Of a stretch of DNA of 64,000 nt, positions 59,546 to 64,000 are shown piece by piece. Positions within the stretch are counted from its first letter, which is position 1. The number at the start of each line of letters is the position of its first letter. Origin of the DNA: Scenedesmus sp. PABB004. Its lineage: Eukaryota. The notes beneath the pieces were generated by a model. That model searched no databases. It was not told the DNA's origin and saw nothing but the letters and a program-made list of their open reading frames with translations. A program made the position numbers and the translations under genes. Where the stretch lies: the NCBI GenBank assembly GCA_014905635.1, contig CM026548.1:1116001-1180000 (forward strand), given 5' to 3'.

Positions 59546-62500
59546 TCACTGGGAAACCGAGCCCGCCCCCAACGCCGTCGGGCCGCTGCCCGGGGGATCC
59601 CGCTCGTCGTCGCTGTCCCGGCGCGGCAAGGTGCCGGGCGGCATGTCGGCGGCGCACGAGCCGCCGCCGAGCTGCGCGCGCTTCTTGCGCCATCGCCCTG
59701 CGCTCGGCGGTCAGTCACCGCGGTGATGAGTCGGCGGCGCGCTGCACAGCGGCGTGGCGCGACGCGCTGCACTGCGCGGGCGCGCAGAGCGCGCGGGCGC
59801 GCAGAGCGCGCGGCGCGCAGATCTGCGCGCTCTAGAGCGCGCGGCGCGCAGCAGCAGCCGTGCTCACGTGCACGGTTGACCGCCACCTGCTGCCGACTGC
59901 GCTCGTTGAACTCGGCGACACTCAGGTTGTTGCCGGTGGCCTTGTCGCGGGCCTCAACCTGGCCGGTCGCGGCGTTGCGCTGGAGCGTGACGCCCTTGGG
60001 CACAAAGCCCTTGAAGCCTGCGCCCCGGGCGGCCCGCGCCACCTCGCCCGCGGCGCGACCTGCGCTCGGCGGTCAGAGGCCGCGGTCATGAGGCGGCGGC
60101 GCGCTGCACAGCCGCGCGGCGCGGCGCATTGCACTGCGCGGCATGGCCGCAGCACGCACCAGCAGCGCGTTGAACGCGCGGCGCGCAGCAGCAGCCGTGC
60201 TCGCGCGCACCGTTGGCCGCCGCCTGCTGCCGGCTGCGCTCGTTGTACTCGGCGACGCTGAGGTTGTCGCCGGTGGCCTTGTCGCGGGCCTCAACCTGGC
60301 CGGTCGCGGCGTTGCGCCTGAGTTTGACGCCCTTGGGCGCCACGCCCTTGAAGTCCCGGGTGGGCACCACGGCGCGACCTGCGGTCAGAGGCCGCGGTTA
60401 TGAGGCGGCGGCGCGTTGTACAGCCGCGCGGCATCGCCTTGCACTGCGCGGCATAGCCGCGCCAGCAGCGCGCAGAGCGCGCGGCGCGCAGCAGCAAGGT
60501 CAAGGTCAAGGTCATTTACCCCGGACGACGGCCGCCAGGCGCGACCCCGCAGCAGCAGCCGTGCTCACGTGCACCACGGTTGACCGCCGCCTGCTGCCGG
60601 CTGCGCTCGTTGAACTCGGCGACACTCAGATTGTTGCCGGTGGCCTTGTCGCGGGCCTCAACCTGGCCGGTCGCGGCGTTGCGCTGGAGCGTGACGCCCT
60701 TGGGCGTCATGCCCTTGAAGCCCGCGTCCCGGGCACCCCGCAACACGCCGCCCCCGGAGCGACCTGCGCTCGGCGGTCAGAGGCCGCGGCCATGAGGCGG
60801 CGGCGCGCTGCACAGCCGCGCGGCGCGGCGCGTTGCACTGCGCGGCATGGCCGCAGCACGCACCAGCATCGGATTTCGAGTGCCCTCGGGTGGTGAGGTC
60901 AGCGGCCGGCGGGGTGTCGGGCCACGCCGTGAAGGTCGGGGCGGGGCTGCATGTCGGCGCGACCGGGGCGGTGTCGCCGCTCGCCTCACCGCTGGCGGCA
61001 ATGGCAGGGCCCGCGTTGGCGGCGGCGGCGGTCGAGACACCCGCGCCCGAGAAGGGGTCATAGCACTCCTCTATGATCTTTTTGGCAAGGCCGACCCAGT
61101 TGATTGTGGCGCATGAATTGATCGCGCGGTCGTCCCGCACGTCCAACACAAACGTGACCCCGACGGTGTCGGGCACGCTGTTGCACAGGCCCTGCGGGGT
61201 GGCGGCGGTCGGCGGCGGCACGGCGCTTTGGCAGTGGTGGCCGGCCGCTGCAACGCCGATTACAACGCCGCTCACCTGGTGCCTGCAGCGGTTGCCGTAT
61301 GCGGCGCCGTGTGTGCCGTCCTTGCCGGTCGCAAAGACGTACGCACCGCCCGACGAAAGGGAAATGCTGAACCACTTGCGAGGGCCCGGCGGCACGTCTG
61401 GCTTGACAACAACGTCTGGCTTGAGCATCAGCGTGCCGGCGTCTGCCCCATAAGTTGTGGGGTTGCGTCCAGTCGTGTCCGCACGCGTGCGGATGCACAG
61501 TCGCAGCCTGTGGCTCGTGCCGTCGAACTGCGGCGGCGGTGGTGGCGCGCGCCCGCCGTTGGCCGGCGCCGCTGGCCGGCAGCAGCACTGACGGCTGCCT
61601 TTGCCGCTCACGTGCTTATTGGTGCCCGCCTCCTCCACAAAAAAGCGGAGTTGGCCGTCGGAAAACGAGCCGATCCCGAGCGCCGATTCCATGTTGCGGA
61701 CCACACAATCAATGACGCGAAGGCCGTTGAGCTGCGGCGGCGGCGCCGAGCTGCTGCTTGCGGTGTTGGCTGCGCGCTCGAGCAGTGCCCGGATGTCGCG
61801 CAGTTCGACCACGCGCGTCTGGGACACGTCGTAGCCGCGCAGCAGCCTGGCGCGGCTCATGGTGGCGACTATGTCGCCCAGCGCGGCGTGCAGCATCGGG
61901 TGGTTGAACGCAGGCTGGATGTCGTTGTATGGCAGTGTGAAACACTCCTCATTGGAGTGCTCTTCCAGCAACTTTGCAGGCGGGTTGCCGCTGCCTGCGA
62001 GGGGACGGGCGGGTCGGCGGTCCACGGCCGCCGCATGCTGTGCGGCGCGCCAACACGAGCGTGCGCGCGCGCGCGCGCGCTCACCGATGTGCATCGCCGC
62101 GTACGGCACGCAGGTCATCTCGTTGTGCAGCACAACTTCCTGGTTCGTCTGGTTGTCTGTGCAGTCCAGCTCTGAGTCGGAGGAGCCGTCCCCCGCGCTG
62201 TCCACCCAGAGGGGATCATCGTCGTCCTCTTTTTCGCTCGGAGCAGACGTGGTGGCGCCTGCAGCGGCTTGGAGCCCCGGCGCCTGCGCACCGTCGTCGA
62301 CGCCACCGTCCAGGCTCATGTCCTTGTAAGCCAGCGCCAGCGCCAACGCGGTGTCGCCTGCGCGCGGCGGGGCTGAGCGCGTGCGGCGGGAGCGGGCGCG
62401 GCGCGCGGCGCCAGCGCCGCGCCGGCAGCGCCGCGCGCCGGCAGCGCGCCGCCGCGGCCCCGGCGCCTGCGCACCGTCGTCCGCGTCGCCGCCCTCGGCC

Positions 62501-63078
62501 ATGTCGGCGTACGCCATCGCCACGGCCAGCGCGGTGTCGGCTGCGGCGGCCCTCAGGGTCAGCGCGGCGGGAGCGCGGCGTGCGGCGGCTGCGCGGCGCC
62601 GCCGCGGCCCGGCGCCTGCGCACCATCGTCGACGCCACCTTCCAGGCTCATGTCCTTGTAAGCCAGCGCCAACGCGGTGTCGCCTGCGCGCGGCGGGGCT
62701 GAGCGCGTGCGGCGGGAGCGGGCGCGGCGCGCGGCGCCAGCGCCGCGCCGGCAGCGCCGCGCGCCGGCAGCGCGCCGCCGCGGCCCCGGCGCCTGCGCAC
62801 CGTCGTCCGCGTCGCCGCCCTCGGCCATGTCGGCGTACGCCATCGCCACGGCCAGCGCGGTGTCGGCTGCGGCGGCCCTCAGGGTCAGCGCGGCGGGAGC
62901 GCGGCGTGCGGCGGCTGCGCGGCGCCGCCGCGGCCCGGCGCCTGCGGAACGCACCATCCTCGGCCTCTTCTGCCGTCACGGCGTGCGGGTAGCTCTCCTC
63001 GCCGGGCTGGCCGGCCACGACAAGCAGCAGCAGCGCCAACGCTGTCAACACGCATGCGCGGCACGGGGAAGCCTCCAT
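59546..63078 (-). CDS. Uncharacterised 12-exon protein: acidic N-terminal repeats, HxD...H double-stranded-beta-helix-like core, three ~55-65-aa C-terminal repeats
   Basis: Exons 63078-62955, 62866-62801, 62683-62624, 62540-62475, 62357-62085, 61994-61612, 61527-61276, 61191-60864, 60763-60569, 60378-60211, 60059-59868 and 59697-59546 all join in frame with GT-AG introns. Stop TGA at 59548-59546. Confidence 0.75.
59700..60860. repeat. Three diverged tandem exon+intron repeats (…FKG..PKGV.L.RNAATGQVEARDKATG.NLSVAE.NERSRQQ…)
   Basis: Repeated exon text with similar introns ending …ctgaccgc(cgagcgc)ag. Confidence 0.9.
62280..62945. repeat. ~326-bp tandem duplication containing two small exons per unit
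   Basis: 62475-62540 equals 62801-62866, and the flanking introns are near-identical. Confidence 0.9.
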
Positions 63079-64000
63079 AGCGCCTGGCAGTGAGGCACGC
63101 GGAGGGCTTCAATCGATGGCAGCGGCGGAGCGCGCGCGAGGGGGCGTGTGGTGGCGGGGGAGCCCATGGCGCGCTTTTGCGCCAAAATGCGTCGCACCAT
63201 CGATCGGAGCCCCCCGCGTGCCTTACCGCCGGCACGAACTCGCGACGGTCAATCGTGAGCGCAGCTCAGCGTGGCTCCGGGCCCACCACCAGCGTGCCGG
63301 CAGGCCAAGCTGTCGCGGGCCGCCGCGCGCCCAAGTCGCAGCGCGCTGCTGCGTGTGACTGGGCGCGCCCGCGCCATCGCGCCGGCCGGGGCGCCCTCCA
63401 GGCCGCCAGCGCGCGGCGCTGGCGGCGCCGCCAGCGCGCGGCGCTGGCGGCGCCGCCAGCGCGAGACCGGGCTCGGGTGGGGCGCGGCGCGGGGTGGCGC
63501 TGCATGGTGCAGCTTGACCGACGCTCGGCGCCGTGCAGGGCAAGCCGCTGAGGCGCTGGGCTTTGACCCAGAGTCTGGGTCCCAGACCGCACCGAGTGCC
63601 GCGCGCGGCCCAGGCGCGCGCAGGCGGAGCGGTCGCTGTCGCCCGCTGCGGTGCACGCGGCGGCTGCAAGCGCGCGCTGACCAGCTGTTGCCCTGGCTCG
63701 CCGGCCGGCTGCGCTGGCGGACGCGGCCAGGGCGCCGTCGCCAGCAGCCAACACCAGGACCCGGGCGCCGGCGGTGCTGCTGCTGGCGCACCAGCTGCTG
63801 GCGCACCAGCTGCTGGCCCAGCCGGGCTGGGCCAGCCCCCAGGCGTGGCAGCGCAGCATCGCCGGACTGGCGGTGCAGCGAGGACTCGTGCGATTGAACG
63901 TTTGCGGCGGTCAGCGCGGCGCATTGCGAGTGCCGCAGTCGCCGCGCTGGCTGAGTCGCTCTCTCCGTGCGCGCCGGGCAGCGTTCAGGTGCGCTGAGAG

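Noticed and set aside
63090..64000. ORFs and short tandem repeats at the window end
   Set aside because: No recognisable coding signal. The short repeats near 63405-63460 and 63778-63816 look like local slippage.

Overview
Eukaryotic nuclear DNA, extremely GC-rich and intron-dense, from a green alga (Chlorophyceae, probably Sphaeropleales; this is inferred from gene content, GTGCGC/GTGAG donors and base composition). Most long ORFs in the six-frame track are GC-driven or antisense shadows, so genes were rebuilt by hand from splice sites. In order: the 3' end of a Gln/Gly/Pro-rich gene, a PTS2-bearing acyl-CoA oxidase (ACX2-like), an RRM protein, a giant PAS-like/coiled-coil/cyclic-nucleotide phosphodiesterase gene, CCT4, a 3.6-kb nested palindrome carrying two tRNA-Ala(AGC) genes, an ER-type Ca2+-ATPase (ECA), a patchwork of locally copied fragments, a Tudor-like protein, condensin CAP-G, VDAC, DRC1, quinolinate phosphoribosyltransferase, a hypothetical gene, and a lower-GC gene with an HxD...H dioxygenase-like core and duplicated symmetric exons. 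Four features stand out. (1) The PDE gene holds about 25 near-identical phase-0 cassette exons, almost all encoding whole multiples of a 14-residue double heptad, about 1000 aa of rod. (2) GC-AG introns are very frequent (8 of 15 in ACX), with AG|GCGCGC donors. (3) The tRNA-carrying nested inverted repeat. (4) The orphan dioxygenase-like gene.
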